NCBI GenBank assembly: GCA_051986275.1
Contig: JBPYDT010000017.1
Location: 21,621 to 85,620, forward strand
DNA length: 64,000 nucleotides
Reading direction: 5' to 3'
Source: Acidimicrobiia bacterium
Lineage (GTDB): Bacteria > Actinomycetota > Acidimicrobiia > IMCC26256 > PALSA-555
Below are positions 54,897 to 63,033 of the stretch, one piece after another. How positions within the stretch are numbered: position 1 is the first letter of the stretch; every line of letters begins with the position of its first letter. The position numbers and the translations under genes are program-made. The notes under the pieces were generated by a model. That model was not told the DNA's origin, searched no databases, and worked only from the letters and a program-made list of their open reading frames with translations.

Positions 54897-55820
54897 ATGG
54901 CCGACGCGCCGCCGGTCGGTCCGGCGATCGAGATCCTGCACCTCACGAAGCTGTTCGGTGCGGTGAAGGCGGTCGACGACCTGACGTTCCACGTCGACCA
55001 CGGCGAGGTGTGCGGGCTGCTCGGTCCCAACGGCGCCGGGAAGACCACGACACTGCGCGTCCTCGTCGGGCTGCTGCGACCGACGCAGGGGTCGACGCGG
55101 CTGCTCGGCGTGCCGATGACGCCGAGCAACCCGGTGCTCGAGCGCGTGGGCACGATGATCGAGCACGCCGACTTCGTTCCGTTCCTCTCCGGGCTGCGCA
55201 ACCTCGAGGTGCACTGGAAGGAGGCGGGCGGCGACTTCGCCACCGCCAACGTCGACGAGGCGCTCGCCATCGCGGGGCTCGGCGACGCGGTGCACCGCAA
55301 GGTGAAGACCTACTCGCAGGGCATGCGCCAGCGGCTCGGGGTCGCCCGCGCGCTGCTCGGCCGTCCGGAGCTGCTCGTGCTCGACGAGCCGACGAACGGG
55401 CTCGACCCGGGCGAGATGCGCGAGATCCGCGAGCTCATCAGCCGCCTCGCCGACCGGGGCGTCACCGTGCTGCTCTCGAGCCACCTTCTCGCCGAGGTCG
55501 AGCAGGTCTGCAGCCACGTGGTCGTCATGGACCGGGGGCGTCTCGTGGCGTCCGGCACCATCGCCGACCTCACCGCCGCGACCTCGTCGGTGTACTTCGG
55601 CGTCGACGACGTCGACCAGGCCCGGCAGGTCCTCGCCGGCCAGGCGGGCGTGAAGGCCGTGAAGCCTCAGCCACCGGGCCTGCTCGTCGAGCTCGACGGC
55701 GTGGCCCGCTCGGCACTCGTCGCCGCGCTCGTGCACGCCGGCGTCGGCGTCGACACCGTCGAATCCACGCACCGCCTCGAGGACGCCTTCCTCGGACTGC
55801 TCGCCCAGGAGGGCCGCTGA
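54897..55820 (+). CDS. ABC transporter ATP-binding protein (ABC-2/DrrA-like)
   Basis: Walker A is GPNGAGKTT, the signature is YSQGMRQRLGVARAL, and Walker B is LLVLDEPTNGLD. ATG is at 54897. Confidence 0.9.
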   Translation: MADAPPVGPAIEILHLTKLFGAVKAVDDLTFHVDHGEVCGLLGPNGAGKTTTLRVLVGLLRPTQGSTRLLGVPMTPSNPVLERVGTMIEHADFVPFLSGLRNLEVHWKEAGGDFATANVDEALAIAGLGDAVHRKVKTYSQGMRQRLGVARALLGRPELLVLDEPTNGLDPGEMREIRELISRLADRGVTVLLSSHLLAEVEQVCSHVVVMDRGRLVASGTIADLTAATSSVYFGVDDVDQARQVLAGQAGVKAVKPQPPGLLVELDGVARSALVAALVHAGVGVDTVESTHRLEDAFLGLLAQEGR

Positions 55821-56665
55821 TGGGGGCGCTGTTCGGCACCGAGATGACCAAGCAGTGGCGTCGGACGCGCACCTACGCAGCGATCGCCATCGTGATCCTG
55901 ATCCCCGTCATCTTCGCCATCGCGATCAAGGCCAACCCGCCGTCGCCGGGAGGCGGCGACGACGCGTTCACCTACCTCGCCACCCACACGGGCCTTTTCC
56001 TCCCCGTGGCGGCGCTCCGGTTCATGAGCCGATTCCTGCTCGTGTTCCTCGTTGCGCTCTTCGCCGGCGACGCCGTCGCGTCCGAGGCCAGCTGGGGGAA
56101 CCTGCGCGCCATGCTCACCCGGCCCGTGAGCCGGAACCGCTTCCTCGTGGCGAAGGTCGAGTCGGCGACCCTGCTTGCCCTGATCGTCACGTTCGTGACG
56201 GTGATCGCCGCGCTCATCGCCGGCGGGATCGCGTTCGGCTGGGGTGGGCTGAACATCGGCGGCGCGGCGGGTCGCCTCGCGGCGAGCGTCGGCCTGCCGA
56301 GCTTCCACATGTCGGCCGGGCGGATCATCGGGAACCTGGCGATCTCCACGGGCTACGTCTTCTGGGGGCTCGCCAGCGTGGGCGCGGTCGCGTTCATGGT
56401 CTCGACGATGACGGACTCGCCGGCGGCGGCGGTGTTCGCCGGCTTCGGGCTCTACGCCATCTCGCAGATCCTCGACGCGATCACGTCGCTTGGCTCAGTG
56501 CGCTACGGCTTCCCGACCCACTACTACGACGCGTGGACGAGCCTCTTCACCGGGCCGGGGCCGACGGGCGACATGCTGCGCGGCACCCTGCTGCAGATCC
56601 CGTACGTGCTCGTCTTCGGCGGCATCGGGTGGTGGTACTTCCGCCGCAAGGACGTCTTGTCGTAG
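55820..56665 (+). CDS. ABC-2 type transporter permease
   Basis: The ATG overlaps the ATPase TGA. It is a 6-TM hydrophobic protein, MGALFGTEMTKQWRRTRTYAAIAIVILIPVIFAI... Confidence 0.8.
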   Translation: MGALFGTEMTKQWRRTRTYAAIAIVILIPVIFAIAIKANPPSPGGGDDAFTYLATHTGLFLPVAALRFMSRFLLVFLVALFAGDAVASEASWGNLRAMLTRPVSRNRFLVAKVESATLLALIVTFVTVIAALIAGGIAFGWGGLNIGGAAGRLAASVGLPSFHMSAGRIIGNLAISTGYVFWGLASVGAVAFMVSTMTDSPAAAVFAGFGLYAISQILDAITSLGSVRYGFPTHYYDAWTSLFTGPGPTGDMLRGTLLQIPYVLVFGGIGWWYFRRKDVLS

Positions 56666-56692
56666 CGCCGCGCGCGTGACGCGCGGCGCTAC
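56662..56692 (+). terminator. perfect 13-bp GC hairpin spanning the stop codon of the ABC-2 permease
   Basis: GTAGCGCCGCGCG cgtga CGCGCGGCGCTAC. It has no U tract. Three more palindromes/hairpins follow (56697-56706, 56718-56734, 56741-56775). Confidence 0.45.
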
Positions 56693-56986
56693 CGGCGCAC
56701 CGGTGCGACGCGGGCCGGCCGAGGTCTCCTCGGCCTGGGGGGCGTGGCCGGGAGCGCCCCCCGGCCGGCCACGCCACGATTGTGGCAGGCGCCGCCGCCG
56801 CATGGCGAGGCCGACGAATCGGTGCTCGACGCCCAGCGGCGGCGCGGGACGCCCGTCCGAAACGCGCGTGTTCGCGCCGAGGATCAGCCGCCTGGTGGCC
56901 GGCCGGGCGGGCCGCCCCATTGTCCGCCGGCGCGACCGCCGCCGCGGGTCCAGCGCGGCGGGCCGCGCCTCGGGGGCGTCCGGACG

Positions 56987-57218
56987 CACCGGCGTGCCGC
57001 GGAAGCACCCGATCCGGGACGGGTGCGCCGCGGTCAGCCCGTAGCGGTACATCTTCACCTTCTTCCCGTTCCACACGATCGTGTCGCGGCGGCCGTGGCA
57101 CGCGTCGACGTCGGCGTCGGTGAGGAGCTGCCCCTTTGTCACCGCGCGCGCCGTAGATCCCGAAGCCGTCCATCGCGTACCCGAGCAGCTGGTGCCCGAG
57201 CGTGACGCGGTGGGCGCG
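56987..57218 (-). pseudogene. 5'-truncated, frameshifted remnant of a YHYH-family protein gene
   Basis: Two reverse-strand frames together read ...HRVTLGHQLLGYAMDGFGIYGARGDKG / QLLTDADVDACHGRRDTIVWNGKKVKMYRYGLTAAHPSRIGCFRGTPV. This resembles the LGYA-DGFPIYG ... LDxCxGH ... YHYH ... GCFxG pattern. The frames switch at a C4/G4 run (57131-57134). There is no N-terminal half, and the remnant begins right after the DUF1697 stop. Confidence 0.4.
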
Positions 57219-57752
57219 CTACGTGGTCGTCAGTTCGGTGAGCGTGACGACCGTGCGCCAGTTCCGCGTGGTCGCCCGCGTGCGCAGCCGCTGCTCGAAC
57301 CACCCGTTCGTGAGCTTGGTGCGCCCGTACCCGTTCGGGCACCACAGGTACACCTCCCGGCCGCGCACGGTGAGCTCGTCCGCCCCGATGCCCCTCGGCA
57401 GCTCGCCCCGGGCGGCGGCCGAGGGGCGGGCGGCGAGGAACGTGACGTGCAGCGTGGCCGGATCGCGGCGCCGCGCGAGGTACGGGTTCTCCTTCTCTAT
57501 ACGCACCAGCTGCCCGGCCGTCCGCACGAGCACGCTGACCTCGAGGTCGAAGGTGCGCCCGATCGTGCGCTCGAGCGTCCGCACGATCGACGCCTCAGGC
57601 TGGGACCCGGCACGGAACACCACGTTGCCGCTCTGGACATACGTGGTCACGTCGTCGAAGCCGAGCCCCTCGACCGCACTGCGCAGTGCCGCCATCGGGA
57701 CCTTCGTCTTCCCGCCGACGTTCACCCCACGGAGCAGCGCGGCGTACTTCAC
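57219..57752 (-). CDS. DUF1697 domain-containing protein
   Basis: Trimmed to the GTG, giving VKYAALLRGVNVGGKTKVPMAALRSAVEGLGFDDVTTYVQSGNVVF, the typical DUF1697 N-terminus. The track ORF extends to 58031. Confidence 0.8.
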   Translation of the reverse strand: MKYAALLRGVNVGGKTKVPMAALRSAVEGLGFDDVTTYVQSGNVVFRAGSQPEASIVRTLERTIGRTFDLEVSVLVRTAGQLVRIEKENPYLARRRDPATLHVTFLAARPSAAARGELPRGIGADELTVRGREVYLWCPNGYGRTKLTNGWFEQRLRTRATTRNWRTVVTLTELTTT

Positions 57753-58132
57753 GGGGCCGAGTCCGGCGTCGACGGGCGACCAGTCAGGCGGGCTGGCCGC
57801 CGTCGGGGTCGGTGCGTTCTGCCCACCGAGCGATTCTGACCAGGTCCGGGAACGACGTTCGCCGTCCCCAGCCCGGCCAGCGCGCTCGGCGATCACCCGG
57901 CCGACGAGCTGATCGCCTGGCCCACCGCCGTCGACTGAGCCCTCACGGGCCCTCCGGCGGGGTGGTGCGTTGGCGGGAGGTCCGGCGGGCCGGTCTGCCT
58001 GTGACCCGCCGTTCCTCCCTGCCCATAGCAAAGGAGGAAATCCGGCGATTCCGCCTCAGCCGGGGCGATCCTTCCCACCGGCGGACGGCGACCAAACCTG
58101 TGATGCCGGGCACGACCACAGCGCTGGGTCCG

Positions 58133-58651
58133 TCACCACCCCACCTGTCCGTCGATCAGCTCGCGGAGCAGGTCGGCGTGCCCGTTGTGGCGCGCGTACT
58201 CCTCGATCATATGGACGTAGATCCACCGCAGCGAGCACGGCTTGCCGTCACGGACCCCCGTGTCGTCGAGGTCGCGGCCGGCGGCTGCGTGCCGGCTGGC
58301 TTCGCACTCCGCCGCCCACGCGTCCCGGTCGGTGTCCCAGTCCGCCGCGTCGAGCGGGACCAGCTCACTGTCCTCGACGTCGTCGTCGATCCAGAGCCAC
58401 GGCGCGGCGTGGTCGCGGAGGAGCGTGCGACGGAACCAGTTCCGCTCCACCTCCGCCACGTGGCGGATGAGCCCGTGCAGCGACAGCTTCGACGACGGGA
58501 TCGGTCGACGTTTCCTCGCGCCGTCGTCGAGGCCCTCGCACTTGAGCAGCAGCGTCGCGCGGTGGAACTCGAGCCACGCCTCGAGCATCGCCCGCTCGTC
58601 GAGAACGTAGGGCGGCTCCTCGCGGCGAGGATCGCGGAGGTCCTCGATCAC
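58133..58651 (-). CDS. DinB family protein (DUF664 / mycothiol-transferase-like)
   Basis: LEFHRATLLLKCEGLDD...LHGLIRHVAEVERNWF...HMIEEYARHNGHADLLRELIDG. It has the His triad pattern of the DinB_2 fold. Confidence 0.8.
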   Translation of the reverse strand: MIEDLRDPRREEPPYVLDERAMLEAWLEFHRATLLLKCEGLDDGARKRRPIPSSKLSLHGLIRHVAEVERNWFRRTLLRDHAAPWLWIDDDVEDSELVPLDAADWDTDRDAWAAECEASRHAAAGRDLDDTGVRDGKPCSLRWIYVHMIEEYARHNGHADLLRELIDGQVGW

Positions 58652-58741
58652 GACGGCACTCGCTCGCCGTCCCGCGCCAGAAGCTGACGCCTCGCTCGGT
58701 GAGGACCTCGGGCCAGCGAGTGTGGGGGTCGGATCACGGCG

Positions 58742-59512
58742 TCATGTTGGCACTGGACCGGTCGGCTTCTGGGCCTCGATGAGGAAGCGCTGCGCGTGCG
58801 CGACGAAGCTGCCGTCGGTCTGGATCGACGCGTGGAGCACGGCGAGCCGGTGGAGATAACGCTCGACCGTGAAGTCCGGCACGATCCACGGGACCTTGCG
58901 CAAGAAGTGGGTCACCGCGGCGACGTCGCAGAAGACGGTGCGCAAGGAGGCCTCGCGGACGTCGACGACGACGAGCCCGGCGCGCTTGGCGGCGGCTACG
59001 GCGCGCGACACGCTCCGAGCCTCGCTGACCGGCTGCGGGCCCATCATGAAGTCCGTGAGCTCCCGGACCGACCCGACGCCGACCTGCTGCGAGAGGTAGG
59101 CACCGCCCGGCCGCAGCACGCGAGCGATCTCGGCCCAGACGGTCACGGTCGGGTGGCGGCTCACCACGAGATCGAAGCTGGCCGTTCGGAACGGCAGCCC
59201 GGCGTCGTCGCCCGCGGCCACCACCCAGGTGCCGAGGGGGCCCAGCGTGCGGTGCGCAGTCGCCACGTTCGGTGCGAAGGACTCGGTGGCGACGAGCAGC
59301 GGCGGACGCCGGGGGCTCTCGGCCAGGACCTCGCCGCCCCCGGTCTGGATGTCGAGCGCCGCCCGCGCCGTACCCAGTCGCCCCGCCAAGAGTTGCGCGT
59401 AGCCCCACGGCGGCCGTTCCTCGGTGGCTCGGCCCTCGAACCACGAGAAGTCCCAGCCGCCGAGGGGCACCGCCGCACCCTCGGCGACGAGCGATTCGAA
59501 GTCCGCGGGCAT
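58742..59512 (-). CDS. class I SAM-dependent methyltransferase
   Basis: The start is the internal ATG (MPADFESLVAEGAAV...). Motif I-like is ALDIQTGGGEVL, followed by FDLVVSRH and LRPGGAYLSQQVG. The track ORF extends to 59836. Confidence 0.75.
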   Translation of the reverse strand: MPADFESLVAEGAAVPLGGWDFSWFEGRATEERPPWGYAQLLAGRLGTARAALDIQTGGGEVLAESPRRPPLLVATESFAPNVATAHRTLGPLGTWVVAAGDDAGLPFRTASFDLVVSRHPTVTVWAEIARVLRPGGAYLSQQVGVGSVRELTDFMMGPQPVSEARSVSRAVAAAKRAGLVVVDVREASLRTVFCDVAAVTHFLRKVPWIVPDFTVERYLHRLAVLHASIQTDGSFVAHAQRFLIEAQKPTGPVPT

Positions 59513-59538
59513 GACGCTCACTCTCGCGCCCGCTCGCG

Positions 59539-60339
59539 TCAGGGCCGACGAGCGATGGTGATGATCTCGCGGCTCCCGTCCCGCACCGGGCCGCGGTCCC
59601 AGTCGCCGAACTGCTCGTCGACCTCGAGGCCAATCTCTCCGAGCCGCGCCGTGACCGCGGTCCGGTCGAGGAAGCGCAGCGTGGACGTGCTGCGCCGCGG
59701 CGCTGGCCATCGTGCGCTCGTGAACGTCTGGGTGAACCGGACCAGATCGTCGTCCACCTCGTCGATCGCCGTGCGACGACCCACGACCGTCCCGTCGTCG
59801 GTCACGAACTCGTCGCACGCCGCCCACGACTCCCACTCGCGAGCCGCCGGGTTGCGGGTCTCGAACACGAACCGGCCGTCGTCCCCCAGCGCCCGGCGGA
59901 TCGCCGCGAGCGCGCCCGAGAGCACGTCATCGGTGAGGAGCACCTGGAACGCGTGACCCGTCATGACGACCAGCGAGAACTCGCGATCCCAGGAAGCCGA
60001 CCCGAGGTCCCCGATCACCCACTCGACGTCCGTGCGGAGGCGCGCCCGGTCGAGCATCGCGGGGGCGGGGTCGAGTCCGCAGAGGCGACCCGGGTGCCCT
60101 GCGGCACGCGCCTGGTGGAGCAGCTGGCCGGTTCCGCAGCCGACGTCGAGCACCGCCTCGGCCGACGCGACGAGTGGCAGGTAGAAGGCGAGGTCGGGTC
60201 GCCCGCGACACATGTCGTCATAGAGCGCCGTGAGCTCCCGATCGGCGAAGAGCCGGTCGACCGGTGCGCTCCCTCCGTTTGCCGTCGGCTCGCCTCCTGC
60301 TCCACCCGCTCTCATCGGGCGGTCGGCAGATGGTCGCAC
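59539..60339 (-). CDS. class I SAM-dependent methyltransferase
   Basis: Motif I is VLDVGCGTGQLL, followed by LCGLDPAPAML, FSLVVMTGHAFQ and LGDDGRFVFETRNP. The start is uncertain (60339 or 60315). Confidence 0.8.
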   Translation of the reverse strand: MRPSADRPMRAGGAGGEPTANGGSAPVDRLFADRELTALYDDMCRGRPDLAFYLPLVASAEAVLDVGCGTGQLLHQARAAGHPGRLCGLDPAPAMLDRARLRTDVEWVIGDLGSASWDREFSLVVMTGHAFQVLLTDDVLSGALAAIRRALGDDGRFVFETRNPAAREWESWAACDEFVTDDGTVVGRRTAIDEVDDDLVRFTQTFTSARWPAPRRSTSTLRFLDRTAVTARLGEIGLEVDEQFGDWDRGPVRDGSREIITIARRP

Positions 60340-60427
60340 TGCCGCCGCCCGCCCCTCCGTCCCATTCGGCCCGCGACGATCCGGGCGGCCCGAGGCTGGG
60401 GCCTCGAGAGGGCCGGCGATCAGCCCC

Positions 60428-60457
60428 TTGACATGCAGCCGTCCGCCTGCCTATGTT
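60428..60457 (+). promoter_or_regulatory. candidate housekeeping-sigma promoter for the ArsR-SRPBCC gene
   Basis: A consensus -35 TTGACA (60428-60433), an 18-nt spacer, then TATGTT (60452-60457). It lies in a local GC dip about 30 nt upstream of ATG 60486. Confidence 0.4.
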
Positions 60458-60485
60458 GTTCCCCAAAAGGCAGCTAAGAGGGTGC

Positions 60486-61325
60486 ATGTCAGAGATGGCG
60501 CGAGAGATGGATCCGGTGTTCCGGGCGCTGGCTGATCCCAGCCGACGCCGGCTGCTCGACAGCCTGAACGCCCGGAACGGGCAGACCCTGCGCGAGCTCT
60601 GTGCCGGCCTCGACATGGCTCGCCAGTCCGTGAGCAAGCACCTCGCGGTTCTCGAGGCGGCCGGCGTCGTGACGACGGTGCGCCGAGGCCGGGAAAAGCT
60701 CCACTACCTCAATGCGGCGCCCATCAACGACATCGCCGAGCGCTGGATCAACCGCTACGAACGATCACGGGTCGAGGCCCTGGCCGACCTGAAACGAGCA
60801 CTGGAGGGAACCCCGATGGACAAGCCCGAGTTCGTCTACACGACGTACATCCACACGACGCCCGAGCGCCTCTGGCAAGCGCTCACCGAGCCGGCGTTCA
60901 CCGAGCGCTACTGGGGCATGGCGTTCGAGACGGACTGGAAGACCGGCTCCACCATGATCCTGCACCAGCAGGGTGTGACCGTCGTCGATCCCGACCAAGT
61001 CGTGCTCGAAGCCGACCCGTACCGGCGCCTCTCCTACACCTGGCACACGTTCACTCCCGAGTGGGCCGAAGCGTGCGGTGTCAGCGAGGAGGAGCGCGCC
61101 CGGATCGCCGCCGAGCCTCGGTCCAGGGTGACCTTCCAGATCGAGGAGGACGGCGACCTCGTTCGCCTGACCGTCGTGCACGACGGCTTCGAGCCCGGGA
61201 GCCGGGTCGTCGAGATGATCAGCGGCGGGTGGCCGCGCGTGCTGTCCGCGCTGAAGACGTTCCTGGAGACGGGTGACGTGTCGCAGCCCGCCTCGAGGGC
61301 GCGGCGGGCACAGGCCGCGTCTTGA
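60486..61325 (+). CDS. ArsR/SmtB-family HTH regulator fused to an SRPBCC (AHSA1/START-like) domain
   Basis: The N-terminus FRALADPSRRRLLDSLNARNGQTLRELCAGLDMARQSVSKHLAVLEAAGVV is an ArsR winged HTH. The C-terminus EFVYTTYIHTTPERLWQALTEPAFTERYW...VVHDGF is SRPBCC. No stop separates the two. Confidence 0.8.
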   Translation: MSEMAREMDPVFRALADPSRRRLLDSLNARNGQTLRELCAGLDMARQSVSKHLAVLEAAGVVTTVRRGREKLHYLNAAPINDIAERWINRYERSRVEALADLKRALEGTPMDKPEFVYTTYIHTTPERLWQALTEPAFTERYWGMAFETDWKTGSTMILHQQGVTVVDPDQVVLEADPYRRLSYTWHTFTPEWAEACGVSEEERARIAAEPRSRVTFQIEEDGDLVRLTVVHDGFEPGSRVVEMISGGWPRVLSALKTFLETGDVSQPASRARRAQAAS

Positions 61326-61367
61326 GGGCGCGGACATCGGGTACCCGAGACTGAAGGAGGCGATGTG

Positions 61368-62117
61368 ATGACGAACCACCGGACCGGGACGCGGGAGCAG
61401 TGGGACGCCGAGCGTGCGGAGCTGCTCGCGATGGAGAAGGAGCTCACCCGCCGCAACGACGAGCTCGCGGAGAGGCGGCGGGCACTGCCGTGGGTGCCGA
61501 TCGAGAAGCGGTACACGTTCGCCACCGACGACGGGCCCAAGACCCTGGCGCAGCTCTTCGCCGGGCGCGCGCAGCTCCTCGTGTACCACTTCATGTTCGG
61601 CCCGAAGTACGAGGCGGGCTGCGCGACCTGCTCGTCGATCGCCGACAGCATCGACGGTCTCATCGCCCATCTCAACGCCCGCGGGGTGACGATGGTGTGC
61701 GCCTCGCCGGCGTCGCTCGAGAAGCTCCAGGCCTACAAGCGCCGGATGGGGTGGCGCTTCGACTGGGTGTCGACGCACGACAACGACTTCAGCCGGGACT
61801 TCGGCTTCTCCTTCAGCGACGAGCAGGTCCGCTCGCGGCTCGCGGGGCGGGTCGCGCCGGTGATCGAGCAGGCGTCCGCCATGTGCGGCACCGACCCGGC
61901 CGGCTACCTCGCCGTCGGACCGGGTCTCCTGGCGTTCGCCCTGTCCGACGGCGTCGTGCACCTCACCTACGCCGCCACCGCTCGCGGGCTCGAGCCCGTC
62001 ATGGGCTACTACGGGCTGCTCGACCGGGCGCCGCTCGGACGGGACGAGGGCGACCCGCCGGAGTACTGGTTCCGACGGCACGACGAGTACGAGCGCGTCC
62101 CGTCCGGCAGCAGCTGA
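61368..62117 (+). CDS. DUF899 domain-containing (thioredoxin-like) protein
   Basis: GAAGGAGG lies 7 nt upstream of the ATG. The sequence is TREQWDAERAELLAMEKELTRRNDELAERRRALPWV...LLVYHFMFGP...GCATCSSIAD. Confidence 0.8.
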   Translation: MTNHRTGTREQWDAERAELLAMEKELTRRNDELAERRRALPWVPIEKRYTFATDDGPKTLAQLFAGRAQLLVYHFMFGPKYEAGCATCSSIADSIDGLIAHLNARGVTMVCASPASLEKLQAYKRRMGWRFDWVSTHDNDFSRDFGFSFSDEQVRSRLAGRVAPVIEQASAMCGTDPAGYLAVGPGLLAFALSDGVVHLTYAATARGLEPVMGYYGLLDRAPLGRDEGDPPEYWFRRHDEYERVPSGSS

Positions 62118-62932
62118 TGACGATGCTCCGCCACGACGCGCTCGCCCGTCCACGGTCGACAGCACCGACAACGGTCGCGACCGGCGCGGTGCTGGTCGTC
62201 ACCGTCGGGATCGCCTGGTCCTTGATGGTCGGCCAAGCCCGCACCATGTCGTCGATGGTGCAAGGGCTGGCCCAGGTCGGCCGCGCGATGACGTTCGACA
62301 TGAGCACCGCGGCGTTCATCGGCATGTGGGCCACGATGATGGCGGCGATGATGCTGCCCGTCGTCGCGCCGCTCGTCCTCGACTACGCGCGCTGGCGCGC
62401 TCCGGTCGCCGGCATGACGGCGCGAGTCGTCTTCGCCGCCGGCTACCTGGTCGTCTGGGTCGCCACGGGCGTCCTCGCCCTGGTGGCCCTCCGAACGATG
62501 AGCGGCGCTCACGCGAGCGCGTCGCTCGATCGGTTGGGCGGTGCGGTGCTCGTCGTCGCCGGCGCGTACCAGTTCGCCCCGTCCAAGCAGCGCGCGATCG
62601 CGGCCTACCGACGCCTGCTCGGGGCTCCCGCGACCCTCTCGCCGACCGGCGGTCCGATGAGCGCCGCACGCGAGGGGGTGCACCAGGGGGTGTGCTGCCT
62701 GGCATGCTGCGGCGCGCTCATGGCCGTCTTGGTTGCCGTGGGTGTGATGAGCCTCGCGTGGATGGCGGCGCTGACGACCGTCTGCTTCGCGGAGAAGAAC
62801 TGGCGCCACGGCGGGGCGGTCACGAACGTGACCGGGTTCGTCCTCCTGAGTCTCGGGCTGGCCGTGCTGCTCCACCCGCACTTCCTCACCGCGTTGGCAC
62901 CCAGCCCCGCGATGGGCCCGATGATGCACTGA
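62117..62932 (+). CDS. DUF2182 domain-containing (predicted metal-binding) integral membrane protein
   Basis: The ATG overlaps the DUF899 TGA. The motifs are FIGMWATMMAAMMLPVVAP and GVCCLACCGALMAVL...FAEKN. Confidence 0.75.
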   Translation: MTMLRHDALARPRSTAPTTVATGAVLVVTVGIAWSLMVGQARTMSSMVQGLAQVGRAMTFDMSTAAFIGMWATMMAAMMLPVVAPLVLDYARWRAPVAGMTARVVFAAGYLVVWVATGVLALVALRTMSGAHASASLDRLGGAVLVVAGAYQFAPSKQRAIAAYRRLLGAPATLSPTGGPMSAAREGVHQGVCCLACCGALMAVLVAVGVMSLAWMAALTTVCFAEKNWRHGGAVTNVTGFVLLSLGLAVLLHPHFLTALAPSPAMGPMMH

Positions 62933-63033
62933 GTGCTGGCACTCCCGGCAGCGGCTGCCCCGGTGCGGCGTGCGAGCGGACGCGCCAGAATTGCGGCGCT
63001 CGACGGACCGCAGCCCGCATGCCGGGGGGAGCC

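Noticed and set aside
58030-58040. A strong Shine-Dalgarno-like AAAGGAGGAAA on the + strand, in the 380-bp gap between the DUF1697 and DinB genes.
   Set aside because: - There is no ATG, GTG or TTG within a usable distance; the nearest is about 60 nt away.
- There is no credible downstream ORF.
- It is probably chance or a relic.
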